DNA of 36,978 nucleotides from Priapulus caudatus (Eukaryota): NCBI RefSeq assembly GCF_000485595.1, contig NW_014577064.1, positions 475,050 to 512,027 of the forward strand, read 5' to 3'. Shown piece by piece: positions 23,980 to 35,019 of this stretch (position 1 is its first letter; each line of letters starts with the position of its first letter). The notes under the pieces were generated by a model. It saw only the letters and a program-made list of their open reading frames with translations, ran no database searches and was not told where the DNA came from. The position numbers and the translations under genes were made by a program.

Positions 23980-24249
23980 GGCAATTTTGCATTGTGTTGT
24001 GGCGGCTTTGCATCTTGCCGTGTGGAGTTTTGCTTGTGTTGTGGCGTTTTGCATTTGCGGTTTGTGCGTCTTGCTTTGTGTTGTGCGCTTTGCATATGTG
24101 TGTAGAATTTTGCCATTTGTGTTGTGACGCTTTGATTTTGTTTGTGACGTTTGCATTTTGTGTTGCGGGAATTTGGCCATTTGGGTTGCGGTATTTGGCA
24201 TTTGTGTTGTGCGATTATGTATTTGTGGTAAGCCTTCTGCGCCACCGAA
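23980..24249. repeat. TG-rich subterminal repeat array, probable DNA-transposon end
   Basis: Repeated TTTGCATTTGTGTTGTGGCG-like units ending in CTGCGCCACCGAA. Confidence 0.6.
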
Positions 24250-24654
24250 CTAATAACCTAAATAACCTAATGTGAATTATAACGTTGCGTCAGTGGCCGC
24301 TGCAACAGCTTGCGCTAGGCCAGTTGTTTACTGCGCATGTGCGTTGGTGTGGATGCTGGCGCGCGTTGCGTTAACTGAATGCGCAACTACGCTATGATTT
24401 GTGTGCTACAACATGATGGTCTCTTGACACACATTCACCAGTTCGCCCGATCGGCAGTAATGAATTGTAATGCAGGTTCTAATGCAGTTTCTAGAACCAG
24501 CTAGTCTTGTTCAAATTCAACTGTAGAACAAAAACTGAAAATCTAAGCGAAAGATCTGCCGCTGCATGGTGAGTTTCACTTTCACGATACCTACCCTAGT
24601 ATATGCTATGGCTATGCCATGATATTATTCCCTCGCTCTAGAAGTAGGGCAGAT

Positions 24655-24710
24655 GGTCGTTGTCGTATCGGTTACTACAGACTACAGTACAGATATGTTA
24701 CCCGGGTAGT
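24655..24710 (+). mobile_element. terminal fragment of a dispersed element (family shared with 34040-34147)
   Basis: GGTCGTTGTCGTATC...TACAGATATG(T)TACCCG matches the reverse complement of ~34095-34147. Confidence 0.6.
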
Positions 24711-24859
24711 TTATTAGGGTTGTTTAGTATGTATCAGACGCTAAATAATGACAATTTGATTGTCATTATTTATAGCTCCTGGTATATGCTTATATGTTTA
24801 TATGACTCAGTCGAGTCATGAGGTATGTTTAGGCGTTAGGGTTAGGTTAGTGTTAGGGT

Positions 24860-25092
24860 CAGGCCCGTAGCAGGGGGGTTCGGGGGCTTTCGAACAAACC
24901 CCCCCCGAAGCACCCCCAAGCCCAAAATTTTTTTTGAAAATTTGCAAGAATTTCACTCAGGTCGCCTCCATTTAGTGTAATAATTGCCAAAATCTCATCG
25001 TGCGGGAGGGTGCAAACAGTGACACACCCCCCTCCACACCCTTCCCCCCCCTCGGTCGCTTGGCTCCCTCGCCTGGTCGCTTTGTGCCCGAG
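24860..25092 (+). mobile_element. hAT-like non-autonomous element 5' part (host of nested insertion)
   Basis: Starts CAGGCCCGTAGCAGGGGGGTTCG with G/C-run stem-loops typical of small CAG-terminated elements. The other end is not visible before the gap. Confidence 0.5.
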
Positions 25093-25273
25093 CAGGGGGC
25101 GTGTACAGGGGGGGTCCAGGGAGTCGACCCCCTTGCCTCGCGCCAGAAACGCACTCTGAAGCCTCTAATTTTAAAAATTTTCGCTGGGGCGAGGGCCCCA
25201 GACCCCCCCTTCGCGTGCTCGCAACTTTGGTAACGTTACCCCTCCCCTGGTACAGATCCTGTACACGCCCTTG
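25093..25273. mobile_element. MITE with 5-bp TSD (hAT5-like)
   Basis: CAGGGGGCGTGTACAGG / CCTGTACACGCCCTTG termini, CCGAG duplicated at 25088-25092 and 25274-25278. Confidence 0.75.
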
Positions 25274-25294
25274 CCGAGCAAATTAGCAACATGG

Positions 25295-25319
25295 NNNNNN
25301 NNNNNNNNNNNNNNNNNNN
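25295..25319. other. assembly gap (25 N)
   Basis: Run of exactly 25 N. Confidence 0.99.
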
Positions 25320-25330
25320 CTCATCTCTCT

Positions 25331-25373
<43 letters not shown>

Positions 25374-25637
25374 GCTCTTCTTCTCTATCTTTCGCTAACT
25401 CTCATATCTCGTCTGCTCTCTCTGTGTCTTCGCCTTTCGTCTAAATGTATCTTTGTCTCCTCGGTCTATGTCTTCGGATGTTCGCTCTCTCCACTCTCTT
25501 TCTCTCCTCTCTCGCTCTCTCTCTCTCTCTCTCTCCTCTCTCTCTTCAGTCTCTATTCTTTCTCTTGGTTCTCTCGTCTCTCTCTCTCAGCTACCGGTCT
25601 CGCTCAGTCTCTCTCCCTCACGGCGCACTCGCCTCTT

Positions 25638-25672
<35 letters not shown>

Positions 25673-26112
25673 CTTCTTTCTTCTTTCTCTCTTCAGTCTG
25701 CTAGTCTCTCTCTATCTTCTCTCTCTCTCTCTCTATCTCTCTTCTCTCTCTCTCTTTCTCTCTCCTCTGCTATCGTAACTCTGTGTGGTGTCTCCCCCTC
25801 TCTCTCTCTCTGTCATCTCTCTCTCTCTACTCTCCTCATCTCTCTCTCTCTCGCAGTCGCTCTGGCTCGCGCTTTCCCCCTTCTCTCGCTCTCTTCCTCT
25901 CTCTCTCACACTCTCTACCCCTCTCTCTTGTTTCTCTCTCTCTCTCGCTCTCGCTCTGTATCTGCGTGTGCGTGCGTACGTGCATGCGTGTGTGTGGTGT
26001 GTGTCTCTCTCTCTCTCTCTCTCTTCTCTTAGTCTCTCTCTCTCGTCTCTCTCTCTTAGTCTCTCTACTTTCTCTCTCTCTGCTCTTCTTGCTTATCTTT
26101 CCTCTCCTCTCT

Positions 26113-26156
<44 letters not shown>

Positions 26157-26289
26157 GCTCTCTCTCTTCTCTCCGCCTCTGTCATCTGCGTCGTGCGATG
26201 CCGTGCGTGTGTGTGTGGTGTGTGTGAGTCTCCCTTTCTCTCACTCACTCTCTCTTTCAATCTCTAGCTCACCTCTCTTAATTTGCGCG

Positions 26290-26320
<31 letters not shown>

Positions 26321-26375
26321 GTCTGTGTGTGTGGTTGTGTGTGTGTGTGTGTGTTGTGTGTGTGTGCGTCGCGTG
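25320..26375. repeat. degenerate (CT)n followed by (GT)n microsatellite
   Basis: Direct reading. Confidence 0.93.
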
Positions 26376-26493
26376 CGTAGGTGTCTCTTTAACAAAAACT
26401 CATCTATATCTCCCTCCGCTATTAGTACTATATATATTATATATATATATATACGCTATTAATAGCCTATCTTATATATATCACTATATATAT

Positions 26494-26536
26494 TCAGGAG
26501 CGTATAATGACAATATTTGTCATTATACGCTCCTGA
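26494..26536. repeat. perfect 20-bp hairpin, member of a dispersed mini-hairpin family
   Basis: TCAGGAGCGTATAATGACAA-TAT-TTGTCATTATACGCTCCTGA, with relatives at 5013-5055, 14108-14176 and ~24735-24782. Confidence 0.85.
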
Positions 26537-26631
26537 TAATATCCATATATAAATATTTGTCACACACGTTTGATTGCGTTAGTGTGAAGAATAGAGCTGT
26601 TTACTTCTAAATACGTGTTACGTGTTAAATT

Positions 26632-27103
26632 CTATCCTAACCTAACCTATCCTAACCTAACCTAACATAACCTAACTTATCCTAACCTAACCTATCCTAA
26701 CCTAACCTAACCTAACCTACCCTACCCTACCCTACCCTATCCTAACCTAACCTATCCTATCCTATCTATCCTAACCTAACCTATCCTATCCTATCCTAAC
26801 CTAACCTAACCTAACCTATCCTGACCTCCCTGACCTTATCAGTAACCTCTATACCCTATCCTAACCTTAAACCTAACCATATCCTACCTGTGCAAACCGA
26901 ACCGAACCGAAACCTAACCTAACTAACCTAACCTTAACCTAAGCTAAACCTAACCTAACTAACCTAACATAACCTAACTAACCTAACCTAATCTAACTAC
27001 ACTAACCTACCTAACCTAACCTAACCTGAACCTAAACCTAACCTAACCTAAACCTAACCTAACCTAACCTAATCCTAACCTATCCTGACCATATCCTAAC
27101 TAA
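26632..27103. repeat. (CCTAA/CCTAT)n pentamer array, copy 1
   Basis: Direct reading, with CCTAT, CCTAC, CCTGA and CCGAA variants. Confidence 0.93.
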
Positions 27104-28072
27104 CAAAATGACAGCAACGCTGATGAGCGTGGATAGGCGCAAGGAAGAATATCCACTTGTTCACCAATATTTAACAGGAAAGGCAGTGCAATCGGTGGTT
27201 TATTGTGTGGCGTGTATCCATAGACCCCTTCGCGTTTCACCTAACGTCGCTAAAAGTTTATCTCGTTAACCGAGCGAAAGTTGTTCGTTCGTAAATAGCT
27301 AAATCGAGGTCAGTTAATAATTATAATATTATATAGGCTCTTAAATTTATCGCCGATTTCATGTACATATGCGTGGTTTATACATGAATCTATCTCATAC
27401 TATATATGCTAGATCAATAACAGTTTTATTAGCGTTATTATATGTGCCTGCCACGCTCGCTTTACAAAAGAGCTATACAAATTTATATATTTTTATACTT
27501 GTGTCGCTTGTTGAACCAGCATGAGGCTGCGAGATGGGTGTCCAATAAATATCATATATTTCGCAATTTTGATCGTGTTTGATTCAACTTGGATTGCGCC
27601 TCTGTTTGTGTCTGCTATTCTTTAATGCCCAAAACTTACAACCTCTTATTAACATTTTCTATCATGGTTTCATTGTGAGATGGTAGCGAGAGGCAGCGCG
27701 GACTGGGCAAAATATTCAGGCCGGGAAATATAGCGTGAAATATTAGCCCCAGGTCAGGCCACTTTATTAAGCGGGGGTGTTCTGGGGTCCCGGGACTCCC
27801 CCAACAGTGAAAATTTTTTGTTACAAGACTTCATTCCATTGCATTCTGGTAAATTTTAGTGCTATGCATTTTTGAATCACAAACTAATGAGCCAACAACT
27901 GCCTTAGTACAATATACTGTTTATGAAACCTTCAAATAAAAAAATATACAAATCATTAAAGACGAGAGCGACACAAGGACTAACATTTAACCAATATTTA
28001 ATTACATAACTAATGTAATAATTATTTGGATGTACATATAAAAACATTTCATATCAACTAAAACTTCAATGA
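26780..28072 (+). repeat. ~1.3 kb direct duplication, copy 1 (copy 2 at ~35740-36877)
   Basis: Same order of pentamer variants, then colinear sequence from ATGACAGCAACGCTGATGAGCGTGG (27108 / 35976) to AAAACT(T)CAATGA (28072 / 36877). Confidence 0.92.
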
Positions 28073-29270
28073 GATAAACTTAAATCTCAGATAATCCTGT
28101 AACTAAACAATGCACAGTGTATTTGTATCTGACAATACCTGTGGGTATTGTTAGCGAGCTTTCAACAATACACTGTGTATTGTTTGATCCTCCCTCCCCA
28201 TTCTACAATACACGTGTGTATTGTAGAATGGCTCATATTTATTCGCTAAAAATGGCGGGTTCAATGCCGCCACTTCGTTCACTTAATTGGTTACAGGCTG
28301 TATTTTTCTCTAAGAAGAAGAATTTTTAGTTAACTATTACATATTAGATGTGTTATCAATGTTACAATCTCCTGGTCTTTTGATCGGTCAAGCACATTTT
28401 CTTATTTCGATGGCCAACGGCTGCGATTCTGTATGATATTTGCGACTACATCGTGGCTTACGTTGGCAGATAGCTGAAGTTACTTTGTTGTTTGTGTACT
28501 AGTACATATTATATAAATTCTCTCAGCTTATGTTAATTCACTTTAAAATGAATAATGCAACGACTATGTGTATTGTTGTAGAACTCTAAACAAAAGGACT
28601 ATTCCCTGAGATAGTTTTTCTTATTGACTTTGTCTTTGGTTGCCAGTGGGCATCTCGGTTGCGATAGATATCATGTAAAAATATTTTGCATTTGTTAAAT
28701 TGTTTTTATCCGCGATGTTTAAGCGATCAAAATATTTTTAATTACGAATTCTCGTCTTTGTTATAGTTATCAATATAGCGTTACTTTAAGAAATTATTAG
28801 CGATATTACTTTAATTAAACTTGAAATTCAGAAAGACCCATGCATGCACAAAGACTCGTTTTAGATGGCAGTGGACTTAATTGTAGGTCAACCGCGCATG
28901 GCAGTGATCTGTACACAAATGGAAATCACTATGCCAAAACAGCGTAAGTTTCTTTTTATTAAAGGTTAGATAGTATAAGCAAGTTAATACCTTATACCTT
29001 GCTAAATATTATAGCTGTTGCATTTTTGCTTTTCTAACGGTATAGTGATTTCTCTATTGTCCTAAGCTTACTGTATAGGCTACAGGCTACTGGCCTTCAC
29101 TGCCTAGAGTAGACGCAATAAAATTAGCTGCTGCGCTACCCGCCACCAGCAGCAGCACCACGCGACCACCACACTACTACTACAGTTAGTACGTACTACT
29201 CTACTACTTACTTTACTAGTTACTAGTACTTACACTACTAGTTTACTAGTACTAGCTACTAGTTGCTGAT

Positions 29271-29562
29271 AGGGTTCTATGTCCCCGGGTACTGCCGGAA
29301 CGCTACCTGTGTTACGGTCCGATATACCGGAACGTACCTAGGTACTATATTTATATGCCCGCGAGACCGTACCTATATCCTACTCACTTAACGAGTCTAG
29401 GGACTCGCCTACGCATTACCCCTAACCCTAACCGAACCTAAACCTAATCCTAACCCATAACCCTAATCCTAACCCTAACCATATCAAATTAGTGACCAGG
29501 TACGTTCCGGTATATCGACGTACCCAGGGTACGTTCGGCAGTACCTGGCGGACATAGACCCT
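29271..29562 (+). mobile_element. MITE with (CCCTAA)n core, full-length noisy copy
   Basis: Long TIR AGGGT(T)CTATGTCC...GTACTGCCGGAACG / CGTTCGGCAGTACC...GGACATAGACCCT, telomere-like core ~29420-29480, embedded in TAC/TAG-rich low-complexity DNA. Confidence 0.85.
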
Positions 29563-29580
29563 ATGGGCACTACTAGTACT

Positions 29581-29776
29581 CAGGCCGTTGCAGGATTAGG
29601 CCAGTGTTGCACCGTTTTCCAGAGAAACCGGCTCACATGGTCTGGGTATTCTTTCTGAATTGACTCTCAAAATTCCTAGAGTGCACCAAATATAGCCTCA
29701 TTTTTTTTAAATTCACCCCTCGGCTGTTGACTAGAACTATGGAAACTCGTCACCAAACCCTCTGGATCTGCTCCTG
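29581..29776. mobile_element. small CAGG...CCTG element (hAT-like)
   Basis: CAGGCCGTTGCAGGA start and TCTGGATCTGCTCCTG end, flanks AGTACT / CGTACT nearly duplicated. Confidence 0.4.
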
Positions 29777-31458
29777 CGTACTTGATACTACTACTACTGA
29801 CTACTACTAGTTATATAGTACTACTAGTACTTAGTATTAGTATAGCCCCAAGTTCCGGCGCATTCTTGCTAACACTACATTGGCGAGATAGTCACAGGTA
29901 CCGACGCATTAGATTTTGTTCGGTTTGTCGGTGGGTAGCAGGGGGCGAGTGGTGTGCTGGTGGTAGTAGGTGTAGGTGCGATTCTTTGATGATTGCGGTG
30001 CGGTATTTGGGTGGTGGGTCGTGGTGGGTGTTGCCGGGATGGTGTATACCTAGAGCGCTTGGAGCTGGGGGTGTTTAGTTTCGTTCGTGCTGCGCTGGCG
30101 TAGTTTTGGGTACTGTAGGGTGGGGGTGTAGGGGTCGAGGTCGTTGGTCTGGGGGGGGTGGTGTGTTATGGCTGTGGTTGGGGTCGGTTTTTGGTGTAGT
30201 GCGGCAGGGTGTGAATAGTGGTGTAGTTGACAGTTGTTGGGGAGCCTTGTTGAGTGGGTTGTTGCCGGGGGGTAGCTAGTTGTGTTTAGCGGTGTGAATT
30301 GGGTTTGTGGGGTTAGTAGCCTGCTGTGGTAGCGGATATTTTTAGCGTTGCGGCTAGCGCGTGGATCGTGTTGTGGGTGTGAGGGTGTAGCGGCCGTTGG
30401 GGTTCTTGGGCTTTGGTGCTTAGGTTGGTTGGGAGCGATTGTATGGGCGCGGGGTGGCCGGTGGTAGCCCATCGTGGCTGGTGCGGCCGGCTGGGTCGGT
30501 AGACGACCGGTGGCCGGGGGGGGGCGTAGCGGCGCTAGCCGGGTCACTGGGTGGGCGGGGCGGCGCCCGTACGTTGTGCCGGCGTGGCGCTCAGGGCGGC
30601 TGTCCCGCCGGCGGCGCGGCGGGGACGCCCGCCCGTAGCCCGTGGCTAGCTATGCTTCGTTGTACGGCGGCGTGAACGTTCGTGCGCGTCGGGCGGGTCC
30701 CTGGGTCCCCGGTGCCCCCTATGGTTCCCGGCGCCGTAGCGGTGGGGTGTTAGCATTGTGGGGTTCGGTTATAGTATTAGGGGTTGTTGTTATCTCGGGT
30801 GGGCTGGGTAGCTTTGGTATTGACTGGTATGGGGTAGGTGGGTGGGTAGGGGGGGTTGTTGGTGTGGGGGGTGTGGGTAGGTATGTGGCGCGAGCTAGGC
30901 GGAGCACGTGCGCTGCTATTTAACATTACAATTATTTCACTTTTTATGGATTCTTTACAGCTCTATCTGTTACTTGCCACGCCTCGATTTATTATATGTG
31001 CGCTATCACGAGCATGTTACTTACATTGTCAGCCGAGTAATTGGTTTATAAACTTGATCAGATAAAACTCAAAAGATAACGCCGCTATTTCCCCATAGAT
31101 ATTCCATAATAAGTAGCGTAGTTCGTGAATTTTTTGCGTACAAAAAGAGAACATTGAAGAACAACCAAGAATGGCGTTTTACAACGTTCAAATAACTATA
31201 GCTGCAGCTGTAGCCGAGAGTTGTACATGTAAACCAGGTGAGGTCAAATGTGGTAATACACCTGTAACATGTTTTATTTACGAAATTCGTAGTTGTTTTC
31301 AAGCTACCAGGCATTTCGTATGGAAGGGTGTCAGGCTTCCTCCGCCGTGATGTAACAGTCGGGATGAGCCTGGTCGGTTTAGTAGTATTTTTTTTTTTTT
31401 TTTTCTAGTACTACTATTACTACTACTACTACTCCCATGTGGGGGGGTTGTACATGTC

Positions 31459-31650
31459 AAAGTCACTGACTCCGACGCGAGGCGATTCAAATCGCAGGTT
31501 TCTTGCTGAACTCGACTTGACTCGAGTCGGGGAACCCGAAAATGACTGACTTGAGTCGAGCACCACTGAAAAATAACTTTTGACCTTGACTCTGACTCGA
31601 GTAATATCGCAGGTCAATATCAGCCAAAAGACAGGGACTCGAGTCGCCGT
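31459..31650. mobile_element. transposon fragment with GACTCGAGTC subterminal repeats
   Basis: Multiple GACTCGA/GACTTGA units and a GAGTCGAGCACCACTG end-like motif. Confidence 0.45.
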
Positions 31651-31825
31651 TTTGAATGGACCTCTAATTCTTCTAAGTTATAGGCTAGTGCTATTGAACC
31701 ACATAGATTACATTACATTCAAGAGTCCATAAATAGATTAGCTAAAATTCATGACAAATACTATTACAGATTAAAACAATATTTTGTTACTTGCATAATA
31801 TTTATTTATTAAGTTTTAATTCTGT

Positions 31826-32427
31826 TTTCTAGCTCATCTGAAGTTAGTCAGATGCAGCTTGTAGAATTCGACATGATCGTGCGACCGTTTCAATGCGTCC
31901 GTTCGTGCCGTCCGTCAAACTTGGGCACAAAATCTTAACCGTTCGACGACGGTTTCACGATATTCGAGACGTGGAGGGGGGGGGGGGGGTTAATCGAAAA
32001 CGAGTTGGGATTTCGAAGCTGTAGCGTCAAGGGTTCAAAGGTCAGAGTTGTATAAGAAGGGGAAACATTTCTCCTTAACTTAAGGTATAGGGAGGAAATG
32101 CAGAATTTGCGGCACCAAGATCTAAACGGCTGTGATCTAGGCTTGTGATAGTTTGTGTGTATAGCATCATAGTAGGAAAAGCATTACTGTGCCGAAATTG
32201 GAGGTCACAGTGTCAAGGTCAATGGGGCAGAGGACTAGATTCTTGAGGACATCTTTTTCGACAGAGCGATAGAAAAACTTTTTTGCTTTCACGGTGACCT
32301 ACCATTTTTTATAGCTTTATTGAAATGACCGTGGAAATGTATCTTTCCGCCTGACATGCCCGAAGAGTCTTGGTTTCTACGTTAAATAAATTCAATCGTT
32401 TACCAATTTGACCTCACTGTTTAACAT
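31826..32427 (+). mobile_element. HINE-like element 5' part (right boundary uncertain)
   Basis: TAGCTCATCTGA..TCAGATGCAGCT stem-loop followed by a (GTCC)-type repeat at ~31896-31918, same start as 13198. Confidence 0.6.
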
Positions 32428-33084
32428 GTTGCAACTAGAGTCTCCTTAGTATTACAGGATCAGTACGCGCCAACTCAGGATTTGACCTCCATCGGTTGTT
32501 CCAAATGTGATCAGTACACCGGCTCGCCCGCCCTTACGAGTACAGCGCTGTATTGGTTATACGGTGTATCAATGGGTCCGTAGTAATTAATTAGAATAAT
32601 CCGTGCTTTCAATAAACTCAAAAATTACAGAGATTTATAGATAACACATAGTGTTTATATGCTATCTGATTTCTAGAAAAGTAACTCAAATCGTTCGGCC
32701 CGGGGGGGCCCCATATGATAGCTTAATTGTACACTTTCTTAGTAGTAAACACAGCAGATAGTCACTGTAATTCACAAGATAAATGGCCGTTCCACTCTCC
32801 ACTCGCTCGTAGCTGAACTATTTGTTTTGCAGTTCTATAAATCTTAGTACACATAGAACAGTCTTTAGCTATAATCTCTGTAAATCTTGAGTTTTATTTA
32901 AGCACGATTAGTTAATAATTACTTATGCCGACCATTGTACAGCGTATCATACAGCGCTGTACTTAAGCTGGAAGCTGTGTTCATCACTTGCGAAACAACA
33001 TGCCCCGGGCAGCGATCACGTGACGATTTTTTCCGACTCGTCATGGCTGCTACTTCTCTGTTATATAGGGACTCTAGTTGCAAC
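32428..33084. mobile_element. ~660-bp foldback (palindromic) MITE
   Basis: GTTGCAACTAGAGTC / GACTCTAGTTGCAAC termini, inner arms TACAGCGCTGTA (~32541 / ~32950) and 32584-32640 versus 32869-32921. Confidence 0.8.
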
Positions 33085-34039
33085 TATCGCTACACTTTCT
33101 AATTACTATCTTGACCTTGACAAATACAGTTAAATAGGATAATGCTCGTTGATAGGCAATGATAATAAAGTCGAGCGTGAAGTTACAGAGGAAGCGGTAA
33201 GAATCATAAAAAGTTAGATAATATTTTAACGTTTAATAGCAGCGCACGTCATGTTCCGAACGATATTCTATTGCGTCGCGCTTGTGAAAACCTACTCCAA
33301 CGTAGTGTTAAGCCCGGAGAAAGAGAACTTGTGGTACTCTCGGTGCCCAAACTTCGTTCCTTGCCAACTCTTCATTTGGTATTATTCATCGTTTATATTC
33401 AAGCCGTATTGATTCCTCACAGTTCTCATTTCTGGCCTACCAGGCAGCTAGACAGAAGGATGAGCTTGGGCTGCCTCCCGCCCATCTCTGTTGTCCAGGT
33501 TACAAGAGGGTGGACTCGTGGAAAGCAATGCATTCAATTTGTGGGGCGCTGAAGATCCCCCAATAAGATGCACAGATTGCTAGCTATTCGGAACTATACT
33601 GCACCTGGTTGCTTTTGAAAACGGCCCACTTGCATCTAACCGCTGCTTGTTTGAGCTTATTACTGAAGGTATAAATATTACATAGTGTATCTACCTTAAA
33701 AAAATGGCATGACGTGTTCATTACAGCCTCTTAAAATATTCGTGATGTACGACACTGTCACTAGGTTAGCGATCATATTGCCCAATACTTGGAGTATGTG
33801 TTAATATGTATATATAAAGAAACAGCTGAACATTAGGGATTACTTATAAACCAGTTTTGATGAGTTGATGAAATGTCAATATGCTATAATATGTCTTATT
33901 ACGTTATAGTATGCTTTGATCTTTATTTTTATTTTATTTTTGAATAGGAATGTTCACGCGATATGACACCACAGGGTGGAAGTGTGGAATGTGAAAAACT
34001 AACCCCCCCCCCCAATATAAAGCTGGCTACGGGCCTGTG

Positions 34040-34147
34040 TAGGGTTAGGGTACACTTCTGTAGTACAAGTCTGGTACACTTTGTGTATACATATATGTAC
34101 CTCGGGTACATATCTGTAGTACCTGATAGTGATACGACAACGACCCC
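34040..34147 (-). mobile_element. terminal fragment of dispersed element with TAGGGTTAGGG core
   Basis: Reverse complement begins GGGGTCGTTGTCGTATC, as at 24655, with TAGGGTTAGGG at 34040-34050. Confidence 0.55.
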
Positions 34148-34325
34148 TTGAGCAGAATTCACCATCAACCGAAGCCCTCACCATTGCTACGCGCGAGAAT
34201 TTCCCGTACATCTCCAATACCAATCCAAATACATCGAGATCGACAATCTACCAGACTTAAGCAGCTTGAGCACCATCGAGGCTCTGAAAGCGCAAATTAG
34301 TCGACGTGGTATACTGGAGAAGCGA

Positions 34326-34662
34326 GAGGAGAAGAAATTAACGGGAATCCGGAGTCAAATACTCCCTGATTTACTGTCGGACTCCCTGATTTGACATATG
34401 CAGGAGTCCGTGTGACTCCCTGAAAATTCTGCCATACTAACTATAGTTTGTTCCGAAGTACGGCCTCGCGGAATTACTGTATTTTTTCAGCTAATGTCCG
34501 AAGAAAATTTTGCAGACGTGCAACTGCATGAATCTTAAAAATTAGCACATGCGTTATTGTTAATATCTTTAATTTTGAACCTCAGACTGCGGACTCCCTC
34601 TTTTTGAGGGTAGGGATCGAGTCTGTTGGACTCCCTTATTCAAAAGTTAATTTCTACCCCTC
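34326..34662. mobile_element. MITE with 17-bp imperfect TIR and GACTCCC subterminal repeats
   Basis: GAGGAGAAGAAATTAAC / GTTAATTTCTACCCCTC (2 mismatches), five or more ACTCCCT motifs, no TSD visible. Confidence 0.7.
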
Positions 34663-34912
34663 CTATTGTAATTATCTATTTCATGTACGGTCGGTCAAAT
34701 CTGTGTATAACTATAACTATATAAGGGCCTTTCTGGGAGAACAAAATGCATCATTTATAGGAAGGCGACTTCTAACATAGGTTTGATACCTGTTATCACA
34801 ATTTTGTTTCTTATAAAACAGTGGCAGAAATAAATTAATGTGCTTATTGACATGCTCTTTTCAGATTTCATATAACAGATACACAAGTAAGACGTCGACA
34901 TCAAGTGCCACC

Positions 34913-35019
34913 ATGCCTCGAGGGATCACACGCACTAGCTTAACAACCTTGGTTTTGCTAGCATGTGTGTTGACTATTTGCTATATGGCGGGAGCCTCTT
35001 TGAGAGAAGTTGGGTCTGT
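34913..35019 (+). CDS. first coding exon of a probable secreted protein (signal peptide)
   Basis: Acceptor CTCTTTTCAG (34864), GCCACCATG Kozak context, MPRGITRTSLTTLVLLACVLTICYMAGA/SLREVGS and GTGAGT donor at 35020. Confidence 0.6.

Noticed and set aside
26632..27103. True telomere or CRISPR-like array
   Set aside because: Internal, short, flanked by ordinary DNA on both sides, and with no unique spacers between repeats.
30050..30923. GC-rich ORFs suggesting a bacterial or viral insert
   Set aside because: Low-complexity translations with no motifs, and the region looks like read noise.
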